The notes under the pieces: model-generated
Seen by the model: only the letters and a program-made list of their open reading frames with translations
What the model was told of the DNA's origin: nothing
Databases searched by the model: none
Assembly (NCBI GenBank): GCA_040876545.1
Contig: JBBDPF010000029.1
Span: 1,056-65,055, forward strand
Direction: 5' to 3'
DNA length: 64,000 nt
DNA from: Balneolaceae bacterium
Lineage (GTDB): Bacteria; Bacteroidota; Rhodothermia; Balneolales; Balneolaceae
Part shown: in pieces, positions 24,861 through 35,101 of the stretch
Layout: every line of letters starts with the position of its first letter
How positions within the stretch are numbered: position 1 is the first letter of the stretch
Position numbers and translations under genes: made by a program

Positions 24861-26651
24861 TTACGTTTCAACGATCACCTCTCCCGACTGCACCATCCAT
24901 AACTGTTTGTAGATCCCGTTTTGATTCACCAGCTCTTCATGAGTTCCCGATTCGGCCAACTCTCCCCTGTTGAGCACAAAAATAGTATCTGCATGGCGAA
25001 CCGTTGAAAGCCGATGGGCAATGATAATGGTTGTACGATCTTTGGAAATTTTAAAAAGTGATCGCTGTATGGCAGCTTCAGTTTCATTGTCTACGGCAGA
25101 AGTGGCTTCGTCAAGAATAAGGATTGGTGGATTCTTAAGGATTGCCCGCGCAATGGATATTCTCTGACGCTGTCCACCGGAAAGTTTCTGTCCCCGTTCG
25201 CCCACAATGGTGTCATAACCTTCGGGGAGATCCATCACAAAGTCGTGTGCTTCGGCCAGTTTTGCAGCTTGTTTAATTTCTTTATCGGTAGCGCCAAACG
25301 TGCCGTACCGTATGTTTTCAGAAACTGTGCCGTGAAACAGAAACACATCCTGACTGACCAACCCCGCAGTACGCACCACATCATTAATTTTATACTCCCG
25401 AAGATCTTTGCCGTCCAGCAGAATTTGTCCACCGGTAACATCATAAAATCGCATTAATAGCTTAATCAAACTGCTTTTTCCGGCTCCGGTAGCTCCTACA
25501 ATTCCCACAGTTTGACCCGGCAGGATTTCCAAATTCAAATTGCGAAGTACAGGTCCACCGGTGCGATATTCAAACGCTACGTTTTCGAATTTGTATGATC
25601 CGGCCACATCTTCGGGGCGCAAATTTGTATCGCCATCACGTAGCGTTTCTTCGGTTTTCAACAATCCCATGACACGCTTGGTACTTGCCATAGCCCGCTG
25701 ATATAGATCAAATGTTTCTCCCAAACGAGTGAGAGGCCAGAGAAGTCGTTGTGTGACAAAAATAAGTACACTGTAAAGTCCCACTTCCATCCCTCCTTCC
25801 AGAGTTTTAAAACCTGCAAAAATGAGAATGCCAATGAATCCGGAGAGAATTAGCATTCGAATCAGTGGGACAAACGCCGCACTAAGGCGGATCACGCTCT
25901 GGTTCGCTTCCTTATAGTTCTCCGAAAGTTTTGAAATCCGGCCATTTTCGAAAGCTTCTGTCCCGAAACTTTTGATGGTTGCCATACCACCCAAATTATT
26001 CACTAATTGAGAACTGGTTTCTCCCGCCCGTTCCCTCATCAAACTGTATCGCGGAGCCAATTTTTTCTGAAACCAAACGGAGCCCCAAATAATAAACGGC
26101 ATCGGTACAAGTGCCATCCAACCAATTTCAGGTGCCGAAAACATAAAAATGGATCCGATTACCGTTACCGTAACCACCACTTGAATTAAATCATTTGCAC
26201 CATGATCCAAAAAACGCTCCAGTTGGTTGATGTCATCGTTTAGAATGGCAATCAAATCACCGGTTGAGCGGTCTTCAAAATAGGCCATCTCCTGTTGCTG
26301 CATATTTCGGTACGCGTCTTTACGGAGGCTGTCTTGCGTGAACTGGGCGAGATCCCTCCAGTATACTTCAAACAGATATTGAAAGACTGACTCAAACACC
26401 CAAACCACTACCGTAACACCGGCCAGCCAAATCAATTGGTTAAACGGATCGGTGACTCCAAAACTGGCAATAAGACTTTCTTCTCCCTGTACCACAACAT
26501 CTACGGCCGCACCAATTAAAATGGGTGGAGCCAGATCAAAAAGTTTGTTTAAAATGGAAAACAGAGTAGCCAGTCTCACCTTTCGGCGAAACGGTTTCAT
26601 GTAGTGGATAAGTTGTTTTAGGGGGTTGGAATCAGTGGAAGAATCGCTCAT
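24861..26651 (-). CDS. ABC transporter, fused permease/ATPase (MsbA/multidrug exporter type)
   Basis: A six-transmembrane N-terminal domain is followed by Walker A GATGAGKSS, signature LSGGQRQR and Walker B ILILDEATS. Confidence 0.9.
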   Translation of the reverse strand: MSDSSTDSNPLKQLIHYMKPFRRKVRLATLFSILNKLFDLAPPILIGAAVDVVVQGEESLIASFGVTDPFNQLIWLAGVTVVVWVFESVFQYLFEVYWRDLAQFTQDSLRKDAYRNMQQQEMAYFEDRSTGDLIAILNDDINQLERFLDHGANDLIQVVVTVTVIGSIFMFSAPEIGWMALVPMPFIIWGSVWFQKKLAPRYSLMRERAGETSSQLVNNLGGMATIKSFGTEAFENGRISKLSENYKEANQSVIRLSAAFVPLIRMLILSGFIGILIFAGFKTLEGGMEVGLYSVLIFVTQRLLWPLTRLGETFDLYQRAMASTKRVMGLLKTEETLRDGDTNLRPEDVAGSYKFENVAFEYRTGGPVLRNLNLEILPGQTVGIVGATGAGKSSLIKLLMRFYDVTGGQILLDGKDLREYKINDVVRTAGLVSQDVFLFHGTVSENIRYGTFGATDKEIKQAAKLAEAHDFVMDLPEGYDTIVGERGQKLSGGQRQRISIARAILKNPPILILDEATSAVDNETEAAIQRSLFKISKDRTTIIIAHRLSTVRHADTIFVLNRGELAESGTHEELVNQNGIYKQLWMVQSGEVIVET

Positions 26652-26772
26652 GAATTAAAAAATTGTAGATCAACTGGTTTTAAGTCAAGAAGATACAGTT
26701 AATCATGATGAGTCCATACTTGTGTGTTTGTGTAATTTTGGAGAATTCTGACTTCAACAGAAATGCTTGTAA

Positions 26773-26979
26773 TTAATTGTCTTTAAATTTATACAGAGAC
26801 CATGCTGTAATTCCTAAAACTGATGCAATTCCCCCTAAAATTAAAGCAAGATTTAAATCCCGTTGCATTCGTTCTGCTTTGGAAAGATAATCTGAACCCA
26901 CTCCTTTTTGGGCGATCAAATCTTCCAATTCTTCAATTTGATTTTCCAATTCGTCTCTTGTTCGTTTCTTCAAACTCAT
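26773..26979 (-). CDS. small tail-anchored membrane protein (hypothetical)
   Basis: The 68-aa translation has an acidic coiled-coil N-terminus and one C-terminal transmembrane helix (LALILGGIASVLGITAWSLY). I recognise no family. Confidence 0.35.
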   Translation of the reverse strand: MSLKKRTRDELENQIEELEDLIAQKGVGSDYLSKAERMQRDLNLALILGGIASVLGITAWSLYKFKDN

Positions 26980-27121
26980 TTGCTTGTAGTTGAATTTTAC
27001 GTTTTGGTTTGAGCATCATACAATGATGTTAATTATCAAACAGAATCATAACTTTCTACGTTTCATAACTTTAAGAGTAAATGAGACCTGAAATAAGCTG
27101 TTTCCGCCATCAAAAAGTTTC

Positions 27122-28015
27122 TTAGAACAACCCTTTTTGGAGAGTTTTTGTAGTTTGAGGTATTTTCAGATCTGTTCCAAGACGCTCATTCAGTTGTTGA
27201 ATAAAATGTGCGGCCAGTACAGGCGATTCCACTTCTTCATTCTGATGTACAAAAAAGTAAATATTCTGCAAACCTTGATCGGTCCAATCTTCCAATCGAT
27301 CTACCCAGCCATCCAAACGGGAGTAATCGGTTTCGTGATTGGCACCGACATATCGTACAAACACCTCGTTGTTGGTAAGCCTCATGTGTAGCATATCTCT
27401 GCGTCCGGCAGTATCAACCAGAACATTTGCAACCTTGTTTTCCTCTAATAGCTGAACCATTTCTTCGAAAACGGTAGCGTCTGAAAACCACTCCGGATGG
27501 CGAAGCTCTATGGCCAACGGCACATCTTTGGGCCACCATTCTACGAAGTTTTGAAGGCGATCCATATATTTTGGGCCAAAATTATCACGCATCTGCAAAA
27601 ATACCGTACCCAGTTTTTCTTTTAGATGCATCACACTTGATAAAAAATCTTCGGAAGGCTGTTCAAAGTCTTTCAGCCATTTTAAATGGCTTACCCGTTG
27701 ATGCACTTTTGGGAAAAACCGAAAATCTTCCGGTGTTTTATCATACCATTCCTGAACCTGCTTTGCAGAGAAATTTCGGTAAAAGGTCGCATTGAGCTCA
27801 ATGGCGTTAAATTGATTTGAATAATATTCCAGTTCATCCTTTGTGCCACGAGGATAGAAATTTTTCAGGTCCTTTCTACTCCATTTTGCACAGCCTACAT
27901 ATATACCCGGAGATTTCGAGTTATTTACTTTAGATAATAATTTATCGGTTTCCGGGTGGTTTTCCGGTAAAGAAAAATTTATCTGTCCGGGATTTTCTAC
28001 GCTGCCAAAGTTCAT
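27122..28015 (-). CDS. DUF72 family protein
   Basis: The translation has the typical pattern Y.G...W......FYP...K...EL.YYS..FNAIE.N.TFY. Confidence 0.8.
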   Translation of the reverse strand: MNFGSVENPGQINFSLPENHPETDKLLSKVNNSKSPGIYVGCAKWSRKDLKNFYPRGTKDELEYYSNQFNAIELNATFYRNFSAKQVQEWYDKTPEDFRFFPKVHQRVSHLKWLKDFEQPSEDFLSSVMHLKEKLGTVFLQMRDNFGPKYMDRLQNFVEWWPKDVPLAIELRHPEWFSDATVFEEMVQLLEENKVANVLVDTAGRRDMLHMRLTNNEVFVRYVGANHETDYSRLDGWVDRLEDWTDQGLQNIYFFVHQNEEVESPVLAAHFIQQLNERLGTDLKIPQTTKTLQKGLF

Positions 28016-28102
28016 ATCTAAACTCCTGTAATAATTAAGCTTATCTCGCTTTTCAATTAAAAATGGTTATTTTGAGTTTTCTTAACCAAATCATCTTTAC
28101 TC

Positions 28103-28264
28103 ATGAGTATTTTACGGATAATCTTTGCAATTATTTTACCGCCACTGGGAGTCTTTTTAACCGTTGGAATTAAACCCCATTTTTGGTTGAATATACTCCT
28201 TACCATTTTGGGATTCATTCCGGGAATAGTTCATGCCGTGTGGATTATTGCGAAAAACGACTGA
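28103..28264 (+). CDS. YqaE/Pmp3 family small membrane proteolipid (below the ORF-track threshold)
   Basis: The 53-aa translation is MSILRIIFAIILPPLGVFLTVGIKPHFWLNILLTILGFIPGIVHAVWIIAKND. It matches the UPF0057/Pmp3 pattern (ILPPLGV...LT.LG.IPG..HA). Confidence 0.7.
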   Translation: MSILRIIFAIILPPLGVFLTVGIKPHFWLNILLTILGFIPGIVHAVWIIAKND

Positions 28265-28454
28265 TTCTATTCCAATATATTCCTTAAAATTTGGTTTCGA
28301 TTTTAAAATAGATAAATCCAACCTTCAAACGCCTGGGCGGAACGAAGTCCTTGATGCGTTGGGTATTTTCGCAATTCCCAACCTGAACTTCGCCACACTT
28401 CAAGGTGCAAGCACGCTTTAAGGAGGCTCGGCAAAGGCTTTGGAGTAAAAAACT

Positions 28455-29681
28455 CTATTTAATTACATGTTTTAAAGAGTCCAAACTACCATCATTTACC
28501 GCCGGTTCAATATTCAATAGACGTGCCATTAGTTCATAAAGATGAACGGATGAAAAGGGAGCAATTATTTCACCATTTCTGATAGACGGCCCATTAGCGT
28601 AGAAAATAGTGGCCATTTCCGATGAACGGTGATCGAATCCATGAGCCCCGCCCATCACGCCCCGGCTTTCGAAAAATGATTGATTGGTAATCGTGTACGG
28701 AACTTCCGGAATCATAATAATTTCGGGGATACGCTCGTGATTGCTAAACCTGTACTCTTCGGGCATTTCACTCTTATAATAAACTGAATAATTTTGTTCG
28801 TTCTCTTTTAATGCCTGATATACCTCTTCTCTTTTTCCCTCTATCGGTTGAAGCATTGCCACGGGAGACCAATCAATTACGTCAACATCATCCAGATTAA
28901 TAATGTCATCCAATAGAATGATTTTATCTTCTGACAGTTCTGCCATTCCGTGATCTGAAGTCAACAGAATATCTACTGTATTTGATAGCCCTTTTGCTTC
29001 GAGCTGCTCCATTAAATAACCCAATAACGAATCAGCGTTTACAACGGCTTCATCCACCTCGGGTGAATTAGGTCCGTACGAATGGCCCTGACTATCCACA
29101 TGGCTAAAATAGAGAGTTGAAAAATCAGCGTCTACTTCGCCGGCAGGATCAAGCCAACTTACGACCGTATCTATTCGGGCTGCGTTTGCTACCGAGCCGT
29201 CGTACTCTTTCCAAAGGGTGGGTTGCACATCGTTGTAGGTCGCTTCAGAGCCCGGCCAAAACATGGTTGCGGACGTTAAACCTTGATTTTCGGCAGTAAT
29301 CCAAATGGGTTCGCCTTGCCACCAGCGTTCGTCATTTTCACTATCCTGGGGTCCATAGCTAAAATATCCTTCAAGGTTTGGATCGGGAAAACTGTTTGAA
29401 ATTACTCCATGGTTCTCAACATAAAGCCCTGTGACTACAGTGAAATGATTAGGGAATGTTTTGGTGGGAAAAACGGGAATCATATGCTCTGCTTTTACTC
29501 CATTGGCAATAAATTGATCAAAATGCGGGGTTTCGTTTCTGTCGAGGTATTCATTCATGAATCCATCAAAAGAGACTAAAAGAACTTTGGTATCAGCTTG
29601 CGGAGTTTCGGGAGTTGCGCAGCTGCTAAGTAACAAACCGCAAATAAAAATAGTGGAAATCAATAATCGGTTTACATTCAT
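28455..29681 (-). CDS. nucleotide pyrophosphatase/phosphodiesterase (NPP, alkaline-phosphatase superfamily) lipoprotein
   Basis: The translation has lipobox LLSSC and the motifs SFDGF, PTKTFPNHFTVVTG (Thr nucleophile), DHGM and GAHGFD. Confidence 0.85.
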   Translation of the reverse strand: MNVNRLLISTIFICGLLLSSCATPETPQADTKVLLVSFDGFMNEYLDRNETPHFDQFIANGVKAEHMIPVFPTKTFPNHFTVVTGLYVENHGVISNSFPDPNLEGYFSYGPQDSENDERWWQGEPIWITAENQGLTSATMFWPGSEATYNDVQPTLWKEYDGSVANAARIDTVVSWLDPAGEVDADFSTLYFSHVDSQGHSYGPNSPEVDEAVVNADSLLGYLMEQLEAKGLSNTVDILLTSDHGMAELSEDKIILLDDIINLDDVDVIDWSPVAMLQPIEGKREEVYQALKENEQNYSVYYKSEMPEEYRFSNHERIPEIIMIPEVPYTITNQSFFESRGVMGGAHGFDHRSSEMATIFYANGPSIRNGEIIAPFSSVHLYELMARLLNIEPAVNDGSLDSLKHVIK

Positions 29682-29711
29682 CTTAATAGTTGGTTATAAA
29701 GTTTCATCAAA

Positions 29712-29747
29712 TAAAAAAGGCAGCCCCGAAAATTGGGGCTGCCTTTA
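29712..29747 (-). terminator. Rho-independent terminator after the TonB-dependent receptor
   Basis: The stem pairs aaggcagcccc with ggggctgcctt (29718-29746). On the minus strand it is followed by a T-run (plus-strand A-run 29712-29718). Confidence 0.7.
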
Positions 29748-29781
29748 AAATATGATTTTAGAAATTCTCTAAATCAAATTT

Positions 29782-32700
29782 TTAGAAATTGTAACGTACA
29801 GAAAACTGCATCTGCCATCTTGAGGCAAAGTCACTTACGTCAAATCTGTTATCAGTTGTTTGCTCATTTGGATCAAATGAAGCAACAGGTTTTCCAATAT
29901 CCGAACTTGTCAACCCTAATCCTGCATTTTCGGGATCGTCGATAAAGTCCTGATCCACATATTGCTCAAAGAACATGGCAAAGTGGTTATTGAAGCTAAC
30001 TCCTCTTCGCACGCCCCATTCAGGGTTCACCATATTCAACAGGTTAATTACAGTAGCACTGAACTCAACAGATTGACCGCCAAAGGTTTTAACTTCCTGG
30101 GTCAATTTCAGATCCAGAAAATTAGTCCATTCTTCACGTGAAGTGTTTCTGTCAATGTGTCCGCCTCGGGCATCGTCAAGATCGCTTTCACCTGAGATAA
30201 AAGAATCAAGCTCATTCCAGTTACCGCTTGAAAGAACGATTTCGTCTGCTGAAGCAGGTACGTAAATCAAATCATTATCGTATTGGCCGTCGCCGTTGGC
30301 ATCTCCGTTATAAATCCAGCTATATGGGGTTCCTGAACGTCCATCATAAATTAATGATAGAGTTGTTGCAAATCGGTCTGCATACTCTGTTGTGTACGAA
30401 ACGATACCTAAAATTCGGTGTCTTCTTTCGTAGTCAGCAGTTCCTAATCCCGGATTGTTGATGTCAACGTTTTCGTTGTAAATCCAATTTGAGCTGGCCT
30501 GACTTGAAGAACCATTATTTACGCTTTCTGCACGGTTATAGGTGTAAGAAAGTTGTGTATAAAGGCCTGTATCAAACTGCTTTTCTAACTGACCTGTAAG
30601 GCTGTACTGATAGCCTTTGTTGGTATTGCTGAGTAGGATAGCATCTGTAAAGTTCTCGTCTATCCGAGAAGGAGTACCAGATGCGGTTCCATATGAACTT
30701 AGATAAACCTCACCATACAGAGGTCGCCCATAAGGTGTTGTGCCTTCCTGATTCAAGTTTATGTTTGAGAAGGTAACTTCATTAATGGCTTTAGAATAAA
30801 CACCTTCAAGTGTTGCATTAATACCAAATGGAAGTTCCTGATCAACAGCAAGGTTAAATTTAAGTGACTGAGGATACTTGAAATCATCAGCAATCAAGTT
30901 TACTTCTGTAGTGTTTTCAGGCTGTAACGCCGGGTTATCTCCCGGTTTCGGTTGGTTATCTGGATCAGGTGAAAATAAACCCGGTAAACCATCATCATAA
31001 TTACTAACATCTAATCGTCCGTAATCTACTCCGGTGTTTCCATATTGATTGGAAATCCATACAAATGGAGGAGTTCCTGAAAAGATCCCTACACCACCAC
31101 GAATTTGTGTAGTTCTGGCTCCTTGGCTGGCATCCCAGTTAAATCCAAGACGTGGAGACCAAAGAACATTTCCTGAAGCAACATTATCTGTTGAGTAACC
31201 AGGAAAGGCGTTGGGTACCAATTCATTATAACTTGGGCTATCTGGTAGTACCGGAACATCAACTCTTAACCCGTATGTTACTTTCAAGTTATCAGTCACA
31301 GACCATTTATCCTGAGCGTACACACCAAACTGCATTCCTGAAAAGTTAGCTGTTGGGTTTCCACCATCTAACAGGTAACTATGTGTATACTCTACCGGAG
31401 TTCCGTTTTCAAGATCGTCAATGCTTTCGAATGTATACGCACCAAACGCATCTCGTACAAACAGATTATCAAACGTGAAAATCTGATTGCTGGTACCAAC
31501 GGTAAATTCATGATCACCGGCAATGTAGGTGAAGTTGTTTGTCAACTCTATTAAATCCTGATCAAGCCTGTTAGCCTGAGAATATTGTTCAACCCCTGCA
31601 TTAATGGTTCCATCCCCACTTCTACCATCATCGTACGGAAGTCTTACAGATACACTTGGAAATCGCTGAGAAGGGACATCTCTGGAATCACGAATTCGGG
31701 TATAAACAACTCGTGCCTCGTTGTATGCATTATTACCAAACGTACTTGTCAATTCAGCAACAGCAGAGTTCTGCTGACTGTTAAAATCATACTGTCGATT
31801 ACTGAATGTATAAGAGCTTGATCCACGACTAATTCCTCTGTTTGCGATCGCATCCACAAAATTGTATCGGAAACTCAGCTTATTGCTTTGGTTGATGTTC
31901 CAATCCAATTTGGCAAGAATTTTATCGTTGTTTGTCTCTTCATCCAATGGGGATGTGTAAGCTCCCGGATCATATCCGTACCCACCCAACACAGTAGAAA
32001 TCTCATCAAATGTAGATGCTTCAAAGTTCACTTGATTCGTTGCGCCACTTCCCAAAATACCACCTGTGATTGGGCTGGTTTCACGTTTAAATTCCGCGTT
32101 TACAAAGAAGAAGAGTTTATCTTCAATAATCGGTCCGCCAACATTTAAGCCAATGTAGCGCTCAGTGAAATCAGGATAATCGTTGGCTGTATCACCGTCA
32201 ATTTCGTAGTTACCAATTAAATTTTGGTTACGAGTTTGAAAATAAACAGATCCTGTATAATCGTTTGTACCACTTTTTGTAATGGCGTTAACCTGTCCGC
32301 CAGTAAAACCATTATTGGTTACTTCAAAAGGAGCAATATCAACATTAAATTCTGCAATGGCATCGATACTTAATGGAGAACCAACTCCTGCCTGAGATCC
32401 GGGAGTTGCATCCCCTAACCCGAACACATCATTCAAAGTAGAACCATCTACCTGAATATTGTTATATCGGTTATTTGCACCACCAAAACTGTTACCGCTG
32501 GTAACCTGTGGTGTTAATCGGGTAAAATCTCCCAAAGAACGAGCAATACTTGGGGTACGCTCTATATCTTCTGTAGAAATATTTGTACGGGCTCCGGTTC
32601 TGTCAGAATTAAAAACCTGATCAGTAACAGCTGTCACTGAAATTTCGCCTAATTCCAATGACCCTTCCTCAAGTTCAAAGTCTAACGTTCTTCGCTCTCC

Positions 32701-32994
32701 AAGTTCAATACTTTCAATTTCCTGAACTTGTGCATTAAAGCCTAAAAATGTAACCCTAACCTCATAAGGTCCACCTACTCGTACGTTACGAATAGTAAAG
32801 CGTCCATCTGCACGGCTTGATGTGCCGTACTCCGAGCCTGTTGGCAAATGTACTGCAACCACATTGGCCCCGGGAAGTGATTCGCCTGTTTGATCTGTTA
32901 TTGTTCCTTCAATTGAACCCGATGTTGACCCTTGCGCGAGCACGGACAATGGGAGCAAAAGAATTGCACCAAGTAATAGTATATATCGCATCAT
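29782..32994 (-). CDS. TonB-dependent receptor with N-terminal carboxypeptidase-regulatory-like domain
   Basis: The 1070-aa protein has a signal peptide, a CarboxypepD_reg-like segment (GTITDQTGESLPGANVV), a plug and a beta-barrel that ends in the aromatic residue F. No SusD-like partner gene is present. Confidence 0.9.
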   Translation of the reverse strand: MMRYILLLGAILLLPLSVLAQGSTSGSIEGTITDQTGESLPGANVVAVHLPTGSEYGTSSRADGRFTIRNVRVGGPYEVRVTFLGFNAQVQEIESIELGERRTLDFELEEGSLELGEISVTAVTDQVFNSDRTGARTNISTEDIERTPSIARSLGDFTRLTPQVTSGNSFGGANNRYNNIQVDGSTLNDVFGLGDATPGSQAGVGSPLSIDAIAEFNVDIAPFEVTNNGFTGGQVNAITKSGTNDYTGSVYFQTRNQNLIGNYEIDGDTANDYPDFTERYIGLNVGGPIIEDKLFFFVNAEFKRETSPITGGILGSGATNQVNFEASTFDEISTVLGGYGYDPGAYTSPLDEETNNDKILAKLDWNINQSNKLSFRYNFVDAIANRGISRGSSSYTFSNRQYDFNSQQNSAVAELTSTFGNNAYNEARVVYTRIRDSRDVPSQRFPSVSVRLPYDDGRSGDGTINAGVEQYSQANRLDQDLIELTNNFTYIAGDHEFTVGTSNQIFTFDNLFVRDAFGAYTFESIDDLENGTPVEYTHSYLLDGGNPTANFSGMQFGVYAQDKWSVTDNLKVTYGLRVDVPVLPDSPSYNELVPNAFPGYSTDNVASGNVLWSPRLGFNWDASQGARTTQIRGGVGIFSGTPPFVWISNQYGNTGVDYGRLDVSNYDDGLPGLFSPDPDNQPKPGDNPALQPENTTEVNLIADDFKYPQSLKFNLAVDQELPFGINATLEGVYSKAINEVTFSNINLNQEGTTPYGRPLYGEVYLSSYGTASGTPSRIDENFTDAILLSNTNKGYQYSLTGQLEKQFDTGLYTQLSYTYNRAESVNNGSSSQASSNWIYNENVDINNPGLGTADYERRHRILGIVSYTTEYADRFATTLSLIYDGRSGTPYSWIYNGDANGDGQYDNDLIYVPASADEIVLSSGNWNELDSFISGESDLDDARGGHIDRNTSREEWTNFLDLKLTQEVKTFGGQSVEFSATVINLLNMVNPEWGVRRGVSFNNHFAMFFEQYVDQDFIDDPENAGLGLTSSDIGKPVASFDPNEQTTDNRFDVSDFASRWQMQFSVRYNF

Positions 32995-33164
32995 AAAAAG
33001 GTGTTAAGTTGTGTGAGTTTTGCTTTTGATTACTGGACAAATAATAGAGATTCTACTATTAACCAACTGTTAAGAATTCAAGAAAAATTTACGGAATTCA
33101 GAGGTAAATTTAAGCTCTAATTCAAAATTATAATGAAACCGCTTTTCTGTTTTTTTAAAGAGCT

Positions 33165-33869
33165 TTAAATCTTTTGATTAGATGGATCAGCTAACATTTC
33201 TTTATAAAAATGAGTGAGCACTTCTTGGTTAATACCGAAATAATATCCTGCCCAGATTAAAGCAAATAAACACTGTAATTTTATGTAGCCGTTCTGTTTA
33301 TACTTTCGGGATGAGGTAATCACATATTGGGCTAATACTTTAAATGGGGTTTGCTTTTTTAGCCTTCTTATGATTTCCTGATCTTCCATTACTATCAGTG
33401 ATTCATCAAACCCATCTACATTATCGAACAATAATTTTTCAACATATAAACTCTGATCCCCAAACCGGAACCACGTTGTATCGAAGCGGGTAAACCAACT
33501 GTACGTTTTTAGTGTCCAATGGGCATCATCAAACCGAAGCTGAAAACAACCTGATTTATACCCGTTGTTATAAGCCTCAACTATTCGTTGATCGTAGCCA
33601 TCCGGCGGGAAAGTATCGGCATGTAAAAAATAGAGGATATCTCCGTTTGCAACAACAGCTCCCTCATTCATCTGAACGCCACGCCCTTTGTTTTTGCACT
33701 CCAATATTGTGGCGCCTTCTTCCCGGGCAATTTCCATGGTTCTATCAGTGCTTCCACCATCAGCGACAATGATTTCGGTGAGATAACCAGTACTCCTCTT
33801 TTTCAGATGAGCTATCAGTCTGCCAATTGTTTTCTCTTCGTTTAGAACAGGAATAATAATACTAATCAA
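33165..33869 (-). CDS. family-2 glycosyltransferase of the TIGR04283 type (rSAM/selenodomain- or arsenosugar-associated family)
   Basis: The translation shows ISIIIPVLNEE...IIVADGGSTDRT..IA...GA......KGRGVQMN.GA..A.G..L.FLHADT ... GDQSL ... MEDQE ... TSSRKY. The family assignment is by recollection of the family consensus. Confidence 0.75.
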   Translation of the reverse strand: MISIIIPVLNEEKTIGRLIAHLKKRSTGYLTEIIVADGGSTDRTMEIAREEGATILECKNKGRGVQMNEGAVVANGDILYFLHADTFPPDGYDQRIVEAYNNGYKSGCFQLRFDDAHWTLKTYSWFTRFDTTWFRFGDQSLYVEKLLFDNVDGFDESLIVMEDQEIIRRLKKQTPFKVLAQYVITSSRKYKQNGYIKLQCLFALIWAGYYFGINQEVLTHFYKEMLADPSNQKI

Positions 33870-34473
33870 GAAGCTCAGGTTTAAAGTTGCTTTTTTTCAA
33901 ATCCTCTTCATTATCGATGTCATTCAATTCTTCCAACAACTCATATGAAAACCTGTGATTTTCAAGGGTATCCACGGATTCTTCAAGTACAGATTCGGTA
34001 CTCCACTCTCTATCTTTAAACAACTCAGGCAACCTTTTACTGAGCCCCAACAGGTAGTACCCACCATCTTCTGATGGACCAATCACACAATCTTTTTTAG
34101 CAAGCTGTAAGAATGCTTCTTTTATATGATTAGATGTAAGGCCCGGGCAGTCGCTGCCAATAATAACCACCTTTGTACAATCTTCATCAAACGCTTCATG
34201 AAAAGCATTATTCATTCTCGCTCCAAGGTCATTTCCAATCTGAAGTCTCTTATCGTAGTATTCCATGCTCCAATCATCTGCATCATCTATGTACGAAGAG
34301 TACCACACCTGCCGATGTACATCTACCCCGGCAGTAATTTCTTGAGTGTAAGCCATCAAGGCTTTATAGACCTCAAGAGCTTTATCATTTCCTATGGCGG
34401 CAGCGAGCCTTGTTTTTACTTTTCCTGCGGTAGGATTTTTAATAAAAATAAGTAAACGTTCTTCTTTTAACAC
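33862..34473 (-). CDS. DUF2064 / TIGR04282-type nucleotidyl/glycosyl-transferase-like protein
   Basis: The translation shows LIFIKNPTAGKVKTRLA ... V.IIGSDCP.L....I..AF..L...D.V.GP..DGGYYLLG. The gene overlaps the downstream glycosyltransferase by 8 nt. Confidence 0.7.
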   Translation of the reverse strand: MLKEERLLIFIKNPTAGKVKTRLAAAIGNDKALEVYKALMAYTQEITAGVDVHRQVWYSSYIDDADDWSMEYYDKRLQIGNDLGARMNNAFHEAFDEDCTKVVIIGSDCPGLTSNHIKEAFLQLAKKDCVIGPSEDGGYYLLGLSKRLPELFKDREWSTESVLEESVDTLENHRFSYELLEELNDIDNEEDLKKSNFKPELLD

Positions 34474-34628
34474 CTGTTTAATTGATTTCTTATCCTTAAC
34501 TCAATTCTGATAAATACCTGAATTGTATAACTTTATAGTTGGTAACTTATCGTTATGAAACAATATTCTTAGTATTCAGTTGTATACAACAAACGAATAA
34601 CTACACAAATAACTCAATAATTCAAGGT

Positions 34629-35093
34629 ATGAAATACTCTACTATTTTAATTTTTACTGCTATTCTATCGGGAATGCTCTTAATGGCAAATCCTGCTCAA
34701 TCTCAAGATCGGTTTAGTAATACAGAACTCGGTGTTATTTTAGGCGAACCTACAGGTATAAGTTTAAAAGCCTGGACATCAAACAACACTGCTTTTGATC
34801 TTGGTGTAGCGTGGTCATTTGCCCGAAGTGGATCTGTACATGTCCATGGTGATTATCTGCGCCACAAATGGTTAGACGCTGATGCCGGTGCTCTTGCGCT
34901 TTATTATGGTTTAGGAGCAAGAGTACTTTTAGCTGATGATCCCCGTTTAGGAGCACGGATTCCAGTGGGACTGCAATATATGGTACCCGACACCAGGCTA
35001 TCTGTATTCTTTGAGATTGCTCCATTGCTCGATCTCATTCCCGAAACCACATTCGATGTAAACGGTGGATTAGGACTTAGAATATTCCTATAA
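34629..35093 (+). CDS. small outer-membrane beta-barrel-like protein (hypothetical)
   Basis: The in-frame ATG at 34629 gives the signal peptide MKYSTILIFTAILSGMLLMANPAQS. Alternating hydrophobic strands follow and the protein ends LGLRIFL. Confidence 0.5.
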   Translation: MKYSTILIFTAILSGMLLMANPAQSQDRFSNTELGVILGEPTGISLKAWTSNNTAFDLGVAWSFARSGSVHVHGDYLRHKWLDADAGALALYYGLGARVLLADDPRLGARIPVGLQYMVPDTRLSVFFEIAPLLDLIPETTFDVNGGLGLRIFL

Positions 35094-35101
35094 ACTTGAT
35101 G

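Noticed and set aside
28300-28445. Possible additional repeat-family copy or sRNA in the 190-nt gap between the Pmp3 gene and the NPP gene
   Set aside because: It contains only short imperfect stems (acctgaa/ttcaaggt, ccaac.../...gttgg). Its resemblance to the arm families is limited to a few GC-rich words.
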